A stretch of DNA of 64,000 bases from an uncultured delta proteobacterium (GCA_963845515.1 CAWJSR010000029.1:320001-384000), one strand, 5' to 3'; counted from the first letter of the stretch, positions 1 to 12,800 are shown. Translations and numbers: made by a program. The notes: generated from the letters alone by a model not told the origin.

Positions 1-90
1 TGGCGATCCGGCATGCGCGACGTGCTCTTCCCACTCGGAACCTGGCAGATGCGCGTCCGTCATGCCGCGCGCTGCGCGGACTATGGCTAG
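1..90 (+). mobile_element. C-terminal end of a probable IS200/RAYT-like transposase (truncated by window edge)
   Basis: Frame 1 reads WRSGMRDVLFPLGTWQMRVRHAARCADYG*, resembling the 'W+xG.RDVxFPxGTxxMRV' C-terminus I recall from myxobacterial Y1 transposases; only 29 aa visible. Confidence 0.5.
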
Positions 91-353
91 CGACCGCATC
101 GGAACAGCCTCCACCGACCGACCGCGGAGATTCCGTCCGACCAGGCATGTCCGCAGATCGCCATTGCCGCCTCTCGGCTGCCGCTCGGAGTCGTGATCTG
201 GAGGTTCGGCGCGATCATTCGGTCCAATCTGGGCTTCTCAGCCCCCTACCTGCTGCCTCTCCTTGTCCCCGTCCTTCCTATCGGTTGTTTCCTTTCACTT
301 CGGCGGTCGGATCACCTTCGGGCGGGGGCTTGGCTTGGCTTGGCTTGGAGCCG

Positions 354-563
354 TCACGGGGCACACGCTTCGGGGCTCTCCACCACATCTTCGTGGGCCA
401 GCACTATCTGGGCCAACGTGCGCCCAGTTGCCGGATCGGAGAACTCGACTTCATAGTGCCCGTCCTCATAGACCTCGATCACGTAGCCCAGCATCCCGCG
501 AAGCGCGCCTTCACGCGCGTATTTGTCGGATACAAGCCTGACTCTTGTGTACGCGGTCAGCAT
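354..563 (-). CDS. DUF4926-like immunity protein
   Basis: 69 aa, pattern 'VRL...G..GYVIEVYEDGHYEVEFSD..G.TLA'; starts 6 bp after the Rhs toxin stop. Confidence 0.75.
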   Translation of the reverse strand: MLTAYTRVRLVSDKYAREGALRGMLGYVIEVYEDGHYEVEFSDPATGRTLAQIVLAHEDVVESPEACAP

Positions 564-569
564 GTTCGC

Positions 570-3500
570 CTACCTCGTAAATCCCGAGAACGGCGTATTG
601 AGCTTGATGCTGCCGTCGGGTTGGACCATCCATCCCGACCGCATGTGACTAGTCTTTCCACTGGCGCTGCCTATGCCCGGCACCTCTATTTCGATGTCGA
701 TGCGTTGCCCGTATTGATCCAGTTTGCCCAAGGTATATTCGCCATTTGCAAACTTTGCGGCGCCCTGTTCTTCCCACATCTTGGCGAGTCGCGCAGAGTG
801 CTCCTCCGCGTACCCGAGTTCCCTAAATACAGCGTCCTTCCCGTGTGTAGCGCCCCGCCTAAAGACGTAGTCTGCGAACTTCTGTACGGGAGCCGTAGCC
901 CTTGCGTTGAGAACGAGGGGGTTCTCCAAACGGCCCACGCCCGCCGCTGCGCGGGCCGCGGCCGGCCTAACCCCGGCCCGTACCGCCGGCCCCGCTTCAG
1001 CGCCAACATAGTATGACCACACCAGCACACTGAACTGCACTAGATCTTCAATTTCGGGGGGCGGTCCCGACTCACTCATGCGCCCGCCATATGGTGCAAT
1101 CGCGTCGTCCAAGAGCCCCTTACGAACCATCTCGCCATAGGTCAGGTGATCGTTGACGCCGTTGCGCTCCAGGAATTCCAGAGAATTCCGAAGCTGTATC
1201 GTTATAGGGTCCCTGCCATCCGGATCTACCAATCGCTGTGGCTTCCACCTCGCATATGCATAGAGCGACACCTTTCCCGGTTCCGGCGCCTCGCTCCAAT
1301 TCTGCACAATCGGATCCGTGCTCACCCACCGCGCCCTCACCGGATCCAGGTACCTCGCCCCGAAGTAGTAGAGCCCCGTCTCCTCGTCCATCTCCTTCGC
1401 CGAGAACAGGAACTGCTGCCTGTGCACCGGGTCGCCGTCGGAGTCGTACCTCGCGTCGCGCCAGACCTCGCCGTACGGGAAGTACTCCACGTGCTCGTGG
1501 ACGCGGCCGTTCTGGTCGGTCACCCATGACGTCGAGCCGAGGTGATCCGAGTGGTAGTAGTAGGTCGCCGGCTTGATCTTCGTCGTGTCGGGGCGCCGGT
1601 CGAGGACCGGGTTGGCCGCCGGGTCGATCGGGCACTTCTGTGGCTGGTAGGTGCTCGGATTGCAGCCGTTGAAGCCCTCGACCGTCGTGCCATCCACGAT
1701 CGGGCTCGTCACCGTCGTCCCCTCGCTCCAGCTCGGCTCCCAGCCCGGCGACGGCAGCAGCTTCGACGCTATGCGCGTCTCTCCGATGAAGATGTGCTTC
1801 GTCGCCGCCTTGCGCCCCTTCAGCGCGAAGAACTGCCCGACCGTGATCGACTCGCCGCCGCGCCCGAGCTTCACCACGCGCTGGCCGCCGGCGTCGTAGA
1901 TGAAGCGCGTGATGTTCCAGCCGCCGCCGTCGATGACGGCGTTCAGCTCGTTCTCCTCGCCCCAGAAGTAGCGGCGCAGCTTGTCGGAGTTCGCCTGGCA
2001 CGTCGCGTCCCCGTGATCGCGGCACTCGCGCAGCGTGTTGCCGTTGGCGTCGTAGACGAGGTTGCGATCGCCGATCTTCGTCGCCTGGTGGGGCGCCGCG
2101 CTCCCGTACACGTAGTCGAAGTCGTGGTTGGTCTGCGGCGGATGGGCCGTCTCGTTCTCCGGGTCGTTCGCCGTCGTCAACCAGTGCTTCTGGTCGAGCC
2201 GCGTCATGTTGTGGATCTCGTCGAACGCGTAGGTCGTCTTGAACGAGTCATTCACTCCGGGGCGCGACTTCGCCGCGCCCGTCGCGGTCGTGAGCCGGTA
2301 GAGGTCGTCGTAGTCGTACGTGTACGAGACCGCTCCGGACCGCCGCCCGGTCGCCTCACCGAGCGCGTTCGTGAGCGTCTTCACGTTCCCTACCAGATCG
2401 TAGGTGTACGTCAGCGCCTGCAGCGTCCGTCCGATCGAGGCCGTGGTGCAGGTGCTTCAGCCGCTGCGTGTCGGGCTCGTACGTCCAGCTCGTCGCCGCC
2501 CCGTTCCCGAGGCTGGCCGTGCGCCGCTGCGCCGAACTCGTCGTAGGTCATCGAGGCCAGGTAGACCTCGGTCGCCTCATCCCAGTGCTTCGTGGCCGGC
2601 CGGTGGCCCTGCGCGTGGTTCACGAGCCCGGCGACGTCGTACGTGTAGTCGAGCTGCTCGCCGTCCGGGTACCAGAGCGTCAGCATCCGGCCGAAGGAGT
2701 CGAACTTGAACCGCGTCTCGAAGGTCTGCGGGGAGTCGTTCGGCTTGAGCGGCTTCACCGTCCGGGTGGAGCGGATCACCTCGCCGAGCTTCCCGTAGCC
2801 GCGCGTCTCGAAGCCGGCGTCGTCCAGCACCCGGACGATCCTGCCCACCCCGTTCTCGGGGCTACCCGGAGGGCCGTACTCGTACTTCACGTCGGTCCCG
2901 AAGGGCTTCTGGACCGCGATGAGCTGGTCGTAGTCGTACTCGTAGGTGACGCTTCGCCCTGGCATCTCGCAGGTTACCGTCCTGTCGCGACGCCAGGTTG
3001 CCCATGTCGTCGTAGACGAAGTCGGTCGTCCCCGCGTCTGGGCTCTCGAGCTGCGTCCGCCGGCCGAGCCGATCGTACTCGACGCGCGTCTCGTTCTTCT
3101 TCGCGTCGATCACGACGCGCAAGTCGCCCATCGGATCGTACTGGTAGCGCGTCGTGTGGACGAGCGAGTCGATGTGCTCCTCGACGGCCGAGATCTTGTC
3201 GTCGAGCCGCCGGTACATGACGCGCGTCTTCTCTAGCGGGTCGACCACCGTCGCGCGGCGCCGCAGGAAGGAGTCGTCGGCGGAGCGTGCGAGGTCATAG
3301 GTCATCTGGTAGACGCCGCCGTTCGGCTCGACCGTCCGGGTCTTGCGGCCCGAGGACGTCGTACGTCGGAGGTCGTCTTGTAGACCGGCGCGTCCTCGCG
3401 GAAGCCCGGGTCCGTGCCCGGGATGAAGTAGGTGATCCCCTGCTCCGTCGACGCGCCCCATCACGTCGAAGCGCTGCCGTCCGCTGGACGCCACGTCCGG

Positions 3501-6500
3501 GGCCACGCTCCTGCACCAGCACGGTCTTCTGCGTCTGGATGGCGCGAGCACATGCCGTCCATGTAGACGAAGGTGTCGAGCCAGCCGCCGCTGGGCAGGA
3601 GGTTGTGGGTCCCGCGCGCGGAGGGCCTGGCGTCCGGCGCGTAGTCGACCTGGACCGCCGGCACGAGGTTCTCGTAGGGCCCGAAGACCTCGTCGATCCG
3701 GCCGTTCGCGTCGAGGACGCGGCGTGTGACGTTGCCGTTGAGATCGGTCGTCCTCTCGACCTCGCCGAACTGCTCGTCGTAGATCGCGCTCGAGACGTAG
3801 CCGTGCGCGTCCTCCACCTGCGTCGGGTAGGTGCGGGTGACGCCGCTCGTGTCGTAGCGGTAGCGGACCCAGTAGCGACGCCCGTTCACCTCGGGCTGAT
3901 GGACCTCGAAGAGCCGTCCGTCCGCGTTCCAGGAGAGGTCCACCTGGACGTACTTCGTGCCGTCCAGGTACGACCGCAGGTAGTCCAGGTTGCCGCGCGC
4001 GTCGTAGTGGGCCGTCCGCTTGCGCAGGAACTGTGCGTCGCCGGCGTGGTTCCAGACGAGCAGATCCTCTGGCCTGGCCACGGAGTAGAGCGCCGTGGCT
4101 GCGGAGTCGTTCGCGTAGGTGACCGTCGCGTACAGATCGTCGCCGGTGTTGAGCGGATCGGCGTCACCGAGGTCCGTGAACGTCTTCACGTTTCCGGTCA
4201 GCGGGTCGTACGTGTAGCTCTGGCGGGTGACCAGCTTCGCGGCGGGATCTCCCGAGGTCTCGTGGAGCTCCTGCTCGACGGTGTCGAGCGAGATGAAGTG
4301 CGCACCGCACCACTCGTCGAGCGTCGGCCGCAGGAAGAAGGGGGCCGCCTCCCTGCACGGGTCCAGCGCCGGCGCGGGCCGGGCGTTCGTGTCGTCGTAG
4401 CGGGACGGCGTGGAGTAGGCGTTGGTCGTCTTCGCGAGGACGCGACCCGTCGAGTCGGTGAGCGTCTCGGTCAGGAGGAGCCCCTTAACGAGGACGCCGT
4501 CGTTCCGGAAGGTGCGCACGACCGTCGCGCCGTCCGCACGCGTCTCGCTGGTGCTGTCGAAGCCCAGGAAGTCGCGCTCGTAGCGGTGGTACCGACCGCT
4601 CCCGTAACCGAACGAGGTGGCGATGTCGTGGCCGGGATTCCCGTCCGCGCGGCCGTCGTGCATGACGACGTTGGAGAGGACCCACCGGCTCTCCGGCATC
4701 TCGACGGTGTTCCCGGTGCGCGCGTACTCCAGCTCGAAGCTCCCACCGAGCGGCCGCGAGACCGCCTTGAGCAGGTTCCCCTTCTTGAGCTGGTTGAGCC
4801 GCACCCAGACCGCCTCGTTGTCGCTGCCGGGGTTCTTCTCGGCCTTCAGGACGTGGTCGGCGAGCCCGTCCCCGTCCATGTCCTGGAGCCCCAGGGCAAA
4901 CCCCGAGACGCGCTTGAAGGTCTTGTCACCACCCACGGAGAAGTGGAGCCAGGGAGTCCCAGCGATGGTGAGCGGACCGACGCCCCACGAGACGACGAAG
5001 CCGACCGTAGGCATCTCTCCGTAGGTCCCGCTCGCCTCGACCGCGTCGACGGAGGACGAGCCGTTGACCTTGGCGAGCACCTGGTTGACGCCGGCCGAGA
5101 GCCCTGTGTCCCGCAGCCAGGGCTGCGTGACGCCGGCTGGCCACGGCGCCACCGGGAGGTACTCCTCCGCGTCGAACCCGAAGCCGTTGTTCAGCCGCAC
5201 GGTGAAGCGGTGGTCCTTGGTGGACTTCCGGATGTAGTCCGGCAAGCCGTCGCCGTTGATGTCCGCCAGCGAGACGCCGGTCGCGGCGATGCTCGAGTCC
5301 CAGTTCACCGACGCGCCGTAGTTCTCGTAGAGCGTGAAGCCTGCGTTGGCGTTGAGGCTGACCGACGGTGGTCTTGCGCACCCTGTCCGCCGTCACGACG
5401 CTTGCCGGGAGGACGTCCGAGAGCGCGCCGATGAGATCGTCGAGGTTCGCGGTCGCTCCAGTTCGCGACCGGGACGCAGTCTGCATGTGCCGCGAAGTGC
5501 GTGCCCAGGTTCAGGCGGACCGAGAAGCAGCCGGGGACCTCCCGGCTCACCTCGTCCGGGAGGCCGTCGCCGTTCACGTCGGCCAGCTCCCGCTCGGTCG
5601 AGCTGAAGTTGACTCCGATGCCGCCTCCGACCGACGGGTACATGGAGATGAGCGCCTCGACGACGCCGTCGTCGGACATGCGGCGCCAGGGATCCGAGAC
5701 GCCGAGCCCGAAGCTGGCCGAGCCATCCTCGCTCTTCCGGAGCCCGAAGCCCTCTGCGGGCCTCTCCGCGGCGGGCCTGCTCGGATCGCGAACGTCGGTC
5801 ACGCGGACGGAGGTCCCTTCACCGGCGCGGGAGACGACGTCGACCACGCGGTCGCCGTTCATGTCCAGGACGTCGGTCTTCTGCGAGCTCGTGCCATTTG
5901 CGATGTTGAGGCTCACGCCGACGCCGCCGACCGAGACACCCGCCGAGAGCGACGTCGACTCGCCAGTGCTCTGCCGGAGCGCGGGCCCGAGCGCGAACAT
6001 CGCCAGGAGCGACGTGGTCTCCCCCGTCCCGCCACCGTGCTGGACGAACTGCCCCTTCGCGCGAGGCGTGCCAGATGCCCTGCCGAGATGAAGGTCGTCC
6101 CCTCCCTGCTCACGAAGGACGGTACGTGCGGGGCGAGCCCCGGCGCGGTCTTCGAGACCCAGGTGCCGAGCCTCCTCGGAACGAGCGGCGACGCGACCTG
6201 CGTCGTGTCCTGGACGCCGGAGCTCGGGTCACTGTAGGCGTCCTTCATCTCCTGCTGGGTGTCCGCCTCCACCTTCTTGTAGAGCCGCCGGGGATCCAGG
6301 TCCTGGTCGCTCGCGGCGTGCCATGCGCCGTAGTGGAAGAGGTGGTGGCCGCCGCCGAAGCGCGAGCGGACCACGTAGGTGTCCGCGCCGGACTTGTACG
6401 ACGTGTACCTCGAGTTGACGGTGACGGCGGTCGGCCACTCCAGGCCCGTGTCGTCCGGCGCGAACGTCACGATCGGCGTCCACGTCGCGCTGAACTGTGC

Positions 6501-9500
6501 GTCCGAGAAGATCTCGAAGAAGACCCGCTCTCCGGCTTCGACGTGCAGCTCCTCGACGATGGGCGCGTACGAGGAGCCATAGAGCTGGTCGAAGCGTCGC
6601 TTCACGATGAGTGAGCTGGCCGTGCGGGCGGCCACGTAGAGCGCGTCGGACGCGCGGTCCCAGATCCGGAGCGCAGGGGTGTATTCGTCCCGACGCCCCG
6701 GGTACTTCGGGTTGACGAAGACCCGGATCGTGCCGGACTCAGGCGCCACCCACGGCCTGATCGGACGGTCATCAGGCGCTGCCGAGACGTCCGCGTTCGG
6801 GTAGGTGTACCAGTAGGGCGAGATGGGGTTGTGGACCGGGAACCACGCGTCCGCCGTGAAGGACAGCGCCTCGGCCAACTCGGGCGGCGGGGCCTCGCAG
6901 CCGTTCGGTCCCATTCCACAGGCGGTCTCCATACGCCCGCCGATCGCCCAGTCGACCGCCGAGGGATCGACCGGGAGGTCCGTCTGGATGCGGAACACCA
7001 GCTTCTCTCCGGCGAGGACCGAGTAGCTCCCCGCCAGCGCGAACGTCCCGGCGGAGTTGGCGCCGAAGGTCTCATCGATCAGGTTCTCGAAGCCGCCGCC
7101 CTGGGCCTCGCAGCGGAGATCCTTCACCTCGGCGGTCTGGGAGAAGCGCTGGACGCAGACCCTGATCTCGTCGGTCGACTCCCTCTTGACCAGCGAGGTC
7201 TCGATCCTGAGCGTCCCCGTGGCCGGGATCGAGATCGACGGCGCGGGCTGGCCGGCGATCCTGAAGTCGCGGGCCTGATCGAAGTGGAACGTCGCGGCGC
7301 CATTCGGCTCGACGCGCCCCTGCTGCTCCTCGTCGAGCGCGCTGCACGGCGAGACGGCGCACTGTCCGAGGTGCGTGTACGAGATCGCCGGGGAGAAGCT
7401 GACGTCCTCGAGGGGCGACGGGACCGCGCGATTCACCGGGAAGTCGGCCAGGGTCGAGAGGACGACGAAGACTCGCATGCCCGGGAAGACGTCGAGGTTG
7501 GCGACGCCGACGGTCAACGGAACACCTGCGTCGGCGTGCGTCTTCACCTGCTCGAAGACCTTCGTCGCGGCGCTGTCGCGGCTCCCGTTCCAGGTGAACA
7601 CCTGGACCCTGACCCCGTCCCGCTCCGGAGGCAGCGGCGAGGGCTGGACGCGCTCCACGAAGGACAGGTCGCCGTAGACGTCGACGCGCCCGTAGAAGGG
7701 CGCCACCCACTCGAGGACGGCGTCTGAGGGCTTCATCTGCTCGCGGATGCTGTCCTCCAGCGCCTGCTGATCGGGGTTCGTCCCCGTCGGCGTGCTCGCC
7801 AGGCTCGTGCCGGTGACCATGGGCGCGAACGCAAACCCCTTCGCCGATGGCGAGCGGTGCTGGTTCAGGAGGACACCGGACTCCTGCACGACGTCCACGA
7901 GGCCGTCGCCGTCGGCGTCACCCAGGAACTCCGTCGTCTTGGTCTCGAAGTGGGAGTAGCCGGCGTTGGCCGAGACGGGCCCGTAGGACGCCTGCAGCGC
8001 TGCGTTCCACCCGTTCCCCTCCTCCTTGCCGAGCGTGGGGAGCGGCACTGGGCGCACCTCGCCGCTGGCCGGGTCGCCGGCCGGGAGCGTGCGCCGCAGC
8101 TCGCGAGTGCTCGAGGCGAGCGTGCTGGTGTTGAAGCGCACGTCGTACCCGTCGCCGCCTTCCGTGACGCGATCGGGGAGGCCGTCGCCGTTGACGTCGA
8201 GGAGCAGGCTCTTCGTCACCGTCTCGTGCTCCGTCTCGCCGACGCGGCCGCCGACGGTGCCGGTGATCTTGTCGTAGGTGAAGCCGATCCCGCCGTAGCC
8301 GTGGATCGACCAGCCGCTCTCCTCCCCGTGCGAGATGGAGAGGTCGTCGGGCGTCTCCTTGAACGTCCACGCGACCGGCGGCGCAAAGGAGTTGGCGAAG
8401 TCTGCGTCGTACCAGGAGAACGTGTGGGTGTTGAAGAGCGTGCGGATCCCTTCAGCGCCCGCGCCGAAGACCTCCACCTTCGTCAGGCGCGACTTCCAGA
8501 AGCTCTCGCTCTTTCGCTCGTACGAGAGCCGGTATTCCCGGATCGTGTCGGTCCTGCCGTTGCGATCGATCTGGACGAGGATCGACTTCAGGCGGCGCCG
8601 GAGCACCGTCTTGAAGCCGAGCCGGCCAGAGGTGATCTCGTCGGGGCGATCGAGGTGGCGCCCGCGCGTGTCCTGCTCGCTCACCAGCTCCACGTGGTAC
8701 GGACCGGTCTCCGACGTTCCGAAGGGATCCCGCGTGGTCGCGTACGCCCGCCCCGTGTACTGGATGCTCCTCAAGTAGAGCTGGCGGAAGTCCTCCTCGT
8801 GCCTGGCCGCAGTCTGACCGGGGTGCCGGACGGTGGGGCGCACCTTCATGTCGGTGTCGTAGACGAGCTGCGTCAGGTTCCCATTGACGTCGACGACGCG
8901 CTCCAGGTGCCACGCGCCGATATTGCCGAGGCCGTCATAGTCGAAGAGGCGCGCCGCCTCGCTCTTGCCGTAGAGATGGAAGTTGCCCTGCTTGTCCTGG
9001 ACCTCGAACCAGAAGTCGGTCGGGCCGGTCCCGCAGCGGAGGATTCGACGGAAGCTCCTCTCCACCCGGGCGCGATAGCGCGTCCCGGTGGTGCCGCCCG
9101 CGCACGCCGGCGTCTCGCTCGTCGGAACGAGCTGCTCGCCGTCGAGGAGGTAGCGGGGCTCGCTGGCGCCGTACTCGGGCGCACCGAAGCGCGTGTCGAT
9201 CTGGACGCTCGAGACGGCGAGATCCCAGCCGACGCCGAGCCAGCCGTTGGACCCGCCCGAGTCGTAAGAGAGACGCAGCTCGGGCTGGTAGGCACCACGC
9301 GCCCCGGGCAGTCGGATGGGAAGGCCGACCTGTGCGCTCCCCATGTTGTTCACGCCGGGAGGCGCGAGGAGGTCGATCCCCGCAGAAGGATCCGACGCCT
9401 TGAGATCCTTGATGGCGTTCGGGTTGAAGGATGACGGCCCCGGGTGCTCGGGGAGGACGAGGACCGCGTTGATCATGAAGGTGAAGTGGGTCGTCTCGCT

Positions 9501-11459
9501 CACCACCCGGCTCGTCGCGCGCTGGAGCTCGACCCGCGGGAGCGCGGTCCACTGCTCCGCGACGTCGTCGTAGAACCAGGTCTGGATCTCCTCCGGCGCG
9601 ATCCCTTCCGGGAGGAGCGTCGGGTCGTAGGGGAGCCCGACCCTGACCGGCTTCGCGAACTTCTGCCCCTTCGGCAGGAAGCGATAGGCGCCGTTGGCCG
9701 GCGCCGTCACGTTCACCATGCCTGCTTCCAGGGGCGGGATCTCCTCCGGCCCCTTTCGCCTCACGCCGACGCTGGTCGCCTTCGCGACGGCACCCTTGCC
9801 CGCCTCGAAGGTGACGTCCGTTCCGAGAGTGACCTTCCCGCCGTCTTCGGGGTCGATCGTCCCCCATGCGGTCTGGTTCTCCTGCCCGAAGCGCGCGGCG
9901 TCGGAGAGCGAAGGGACGGTCGCATTGGCCTCCTTCAGCAACTCTGCGGCGCCGTCCCGGTCGAGCACCACGGTGCGGACGGCGGAGGTTCCGTCGGGGA
10001 AGGTAGCCTGGACCTGAACGGTCCATGGGGACGGCGATCCCTCGGCCCGGTGGAGCGCGACGCCGAAGGCTCCGTCGACGCCCACGTCGGCGCCACCGAT
10101 CACCACGCGTCCCGGGCCGGCAGGCGACTCGGCCCAGCCGGCGATCCACGCGCGATCTCCGAAGCGCTCGCCAACCTCGCGCCCCCCTTCGAACACGACG
10201 ACCGGCGCGGTGAGGACGATGCGTGCCGTTCCGACCCTGCGCCCCACGCCGCTGCCCGCGACCGAGACCTCGGCGAGGCTCGCTCCGGGCAGGTCGGCGC
10301 GCGCCGCAGGCGGGAAGACGAGCCGAAGGGCCCTCGCCTCGCGTCCAGCCACCGGCAGCGCGCTGGAGACCGTCGCGAGCTCCACGTCCGGCTCGCGGCG
10401 CCAGCCGGCCGCCTCGAGCAGCTCGAGCGCAGACAGGGTCACCGGCGCAGCCCCCAACCGGATGGCGCCAGCGTCGAGCGATGTCGGCCTGTCCAGCGCG
10501 AGCTCGATCGTCCCCGACACCGCGGCCGGGGTCGCGTCGTCGTCCACGGCAGACGACAGCCTGAGGTGCGTCTCGCGGTCGAAGAGGTCGAGGCCGTCGT
10601 CCGAGACGATCAGGAGGCGCAGGCCGGAGACCTGGACCGTTCCCGTGGCCTCCGGGGGAACGCAGAGGACGACGCTGCCCGCCGTCGCCAGCCGCTCAGG
10701 GTCCAGCTCGTCGACCAGCGTCCGTGCCGTGGCGACGTTCCCGACCCAGAAGCCGCCCGTCACCGCGTCGCCGCCAAGGATGCGCTCGAGCGCGAAGGCC
10801 CGCGGCACGTCCGCCTCGTAGGCCAGGTAGGCGCGCCGAGCAGCGGCCAGGTTCACCTCGGGGAAGGTGCCACGCAGACATCGTCCGCCGTCGGTGCTCC
10901 CGGCAGGGTCCAGCGTGGCCGTGGAGGGGAGCGCTGCGACGACGCGCACGTCCTCGAAGGCGTTGCCGTTCGCCAGGGTCGCCTCGGCCATCGTCTGGAC
11001 GTTTCTAGGCGACCGCGCCCTCCCGGCGCCCCAGAGCTCGAGCTCGTCGAGAATCGGCGCAGGCCCGACCCCACTGACGCGAAGCCTCAGCTCCGTTGCC
11101 GTCACGGGGCTCGAGAGGGAGATCGTGCCCCAGCCGCCCGTGAGCTCGACCTCGCCGCGTCCCGGAACCACCACGCTGATGCCGTCGCCGTGGACCTTCA
11201 CCGCCCGGACCTCGACGGCGTGATCGAACCGCACGACGAGCTCGAGCGTGCCGCTGACGGTCGCCCCTGTCGTGGTATCCCGGTCGGCGATCGAGGAGAG
11301 CTCGGCGCCGGCGGCGCTTCGGACGCTGGCGGCCGACAGCCGCATCGTCGGGCCGGGGTTGGGTCCGGTCGTCGCGGGAGACGGCGATGACCGGCTGCAA
11401 CCGGAGAGCGCGACAGCGGCGGAGCAAGAGAGGGCGAGGATTCGAGTCGTGCTGATCAT
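570..11459 (-). CDS. Giant lipoprotein Rhs/Tc-type polymorphic toxin (lipobox, ZU5-like, SpvB/TcaC-N, FG-GAP, TcdB-midN-like, YD/Rhs repeats, Rhs core, DUF6883-like toxin); split by multiple frameshifts
   Basis: ATG 11459 after GAGAGGG; MISTTRILALSCSAAVALSG-C lipobox; SpvB motif PELRLSYDSGGSNGWLGVGWDL; six DxN/DGDGLxD-type repeats; YD repeats; core YYYHSDHLGS...YFPYGE...TGLYYFGARY...DPDGR (1212-1226). ORF pieces 5913-11480, 5305-6000, 3461-5308, 2862-3551, 2411-2965 and 570-2384 are colinear. Confidence 0.85.
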
Positions 11460-11476
11460 GGATTGGCCCTCTCGGA

Positions 11477-12752
11477 TCACGGCGCGGTGAAGCTCGCCGG
11501 CGTGTAGCTGTTCTCGGATGCGCAGACACGGGTCGGAGGAGCGTCGGCCGTCACGTCCACGTCGACCGCCGCGACGTAGACGTCATAGGTGACGCCCGAC
11601 GTGAAGGTCCCATCGAGGAAGTCTGCGGACGTGCCGGTCACCCACTGACCAGCTACGAAGGAGCTGCCGAGCCAGACCGCGGCGAAGTAGCTCTGCGCGC
11701 CGACCACCGGGCTCCAGGTCACGCGCGCAGCGCCCCTTTGCTGACCGGTGGCGGAGACGCCGCCCGGGATGGGCAGCGGCTCTGGCGGCGCGACGGCAAA
11801 GCGCGTCGTGACTGACTCGAGCCCCTTGCTGGCGACCAGAGTGTAGAGCCCGGAATCGGGCGGGACCCCGTAGGCCCACACCAATCGCCGGGTGAAGTTG
11901 GCTTGCAGCTCGAAGCGCAGGGGATCGGACGCCGGCAGGTTGGGGCCGGTCACCTCGATCGACCACGCGCCACCATCCGGGGAGCCGTCCGGCGCGGCGA
12001 GGCCGACCCAGATGGCCAGCCCAGGAACCAGGCCATAGTCGATGCGCCCCCCAGCGGCGCGCAGGACGAGGGGTGCGCCCGTCGCTCGCCGCAACAGCCC
12101 GAGCCGCACGTGGGAGACGTCGAAGCTCGTGGGCATGAGCGGGGCGACGCCCGCGTCCAGCGCCTCCGGATCGGCCCCGAGCGCCTCGATCGACGCCAGG
12201 TAGGATCCCTCCGGAAGCGCGGCGACCTCGCACCCGGCGAGCGTCGAGACCTGCTGCAGGTGGATCGTCCGCGCCGGAGGTCAGGACACAGGAATACGCC
12301 GCCGCCCGCGTGACGTCGGCCCACTCGATACGGCTGCCGTCGAGGGAGAGCGCGGCTGACGGCGTCGGGAGCGGCGCGCCATAACCGAGCGCCACCGCCT
12401 GCGACGTCGATTGCCCATCGCCGCTGCCGATGATCTCGTAGGTCGCGCCGGCTGCCGGCGCGACCTCGGGAAACCACGCGAGGGAGTAAGCCGACCCCGC
12501 TGCGTAGAGCGCTGGGCCGCCGAGCGCGGCTCCTTCCCGCGCGAGCCCGAGCTGCCAGGCGGTGCCTGGCCCGGCGCCAGCGTCGTCTCGGATCGTGGTG
12601 AGGACGGCGAGCCCGAGCCGGCCCGAGCCGTCCTCGTAGGTGCCGATGGACGCGGACGCCGCGTAGGGAATCGCGGGGTCGCTCTTCCGGTCGCTCCCAC
12701 CGCAGGCCGTGGACAGGAGTGCGAGAATGAGCCCCCGATGTGCTGCGCGCAT
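11477..12752 (-). CDS. Beta-rich (Fn3/Ig-like) lipoprotein, one frameshift near 12270
   Basis: ATG 12752 after GGAGGGGG; MRAAHRGLILALLSTA-C lipobox; continues in ORF 11477-12136 with Fn3-like 'VTWSPVVGAQSY...GVTYDVYVAAV'. Confidence 0.65.
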
Positions 12753-12800
12753 GCTGCCCCCTCCGCACGTTGCTTCCCGGGGGCGCGGTGTTGCGCTCGC

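Noticed and set aside
327..348. (GGCTT)4 microsatellite as a phase-variation or CRISPR-like repeat
   Set aside because: Short, intergenic, downstream of the immunity gene, no spacers; I found no CRISPR array or cas gene in the window
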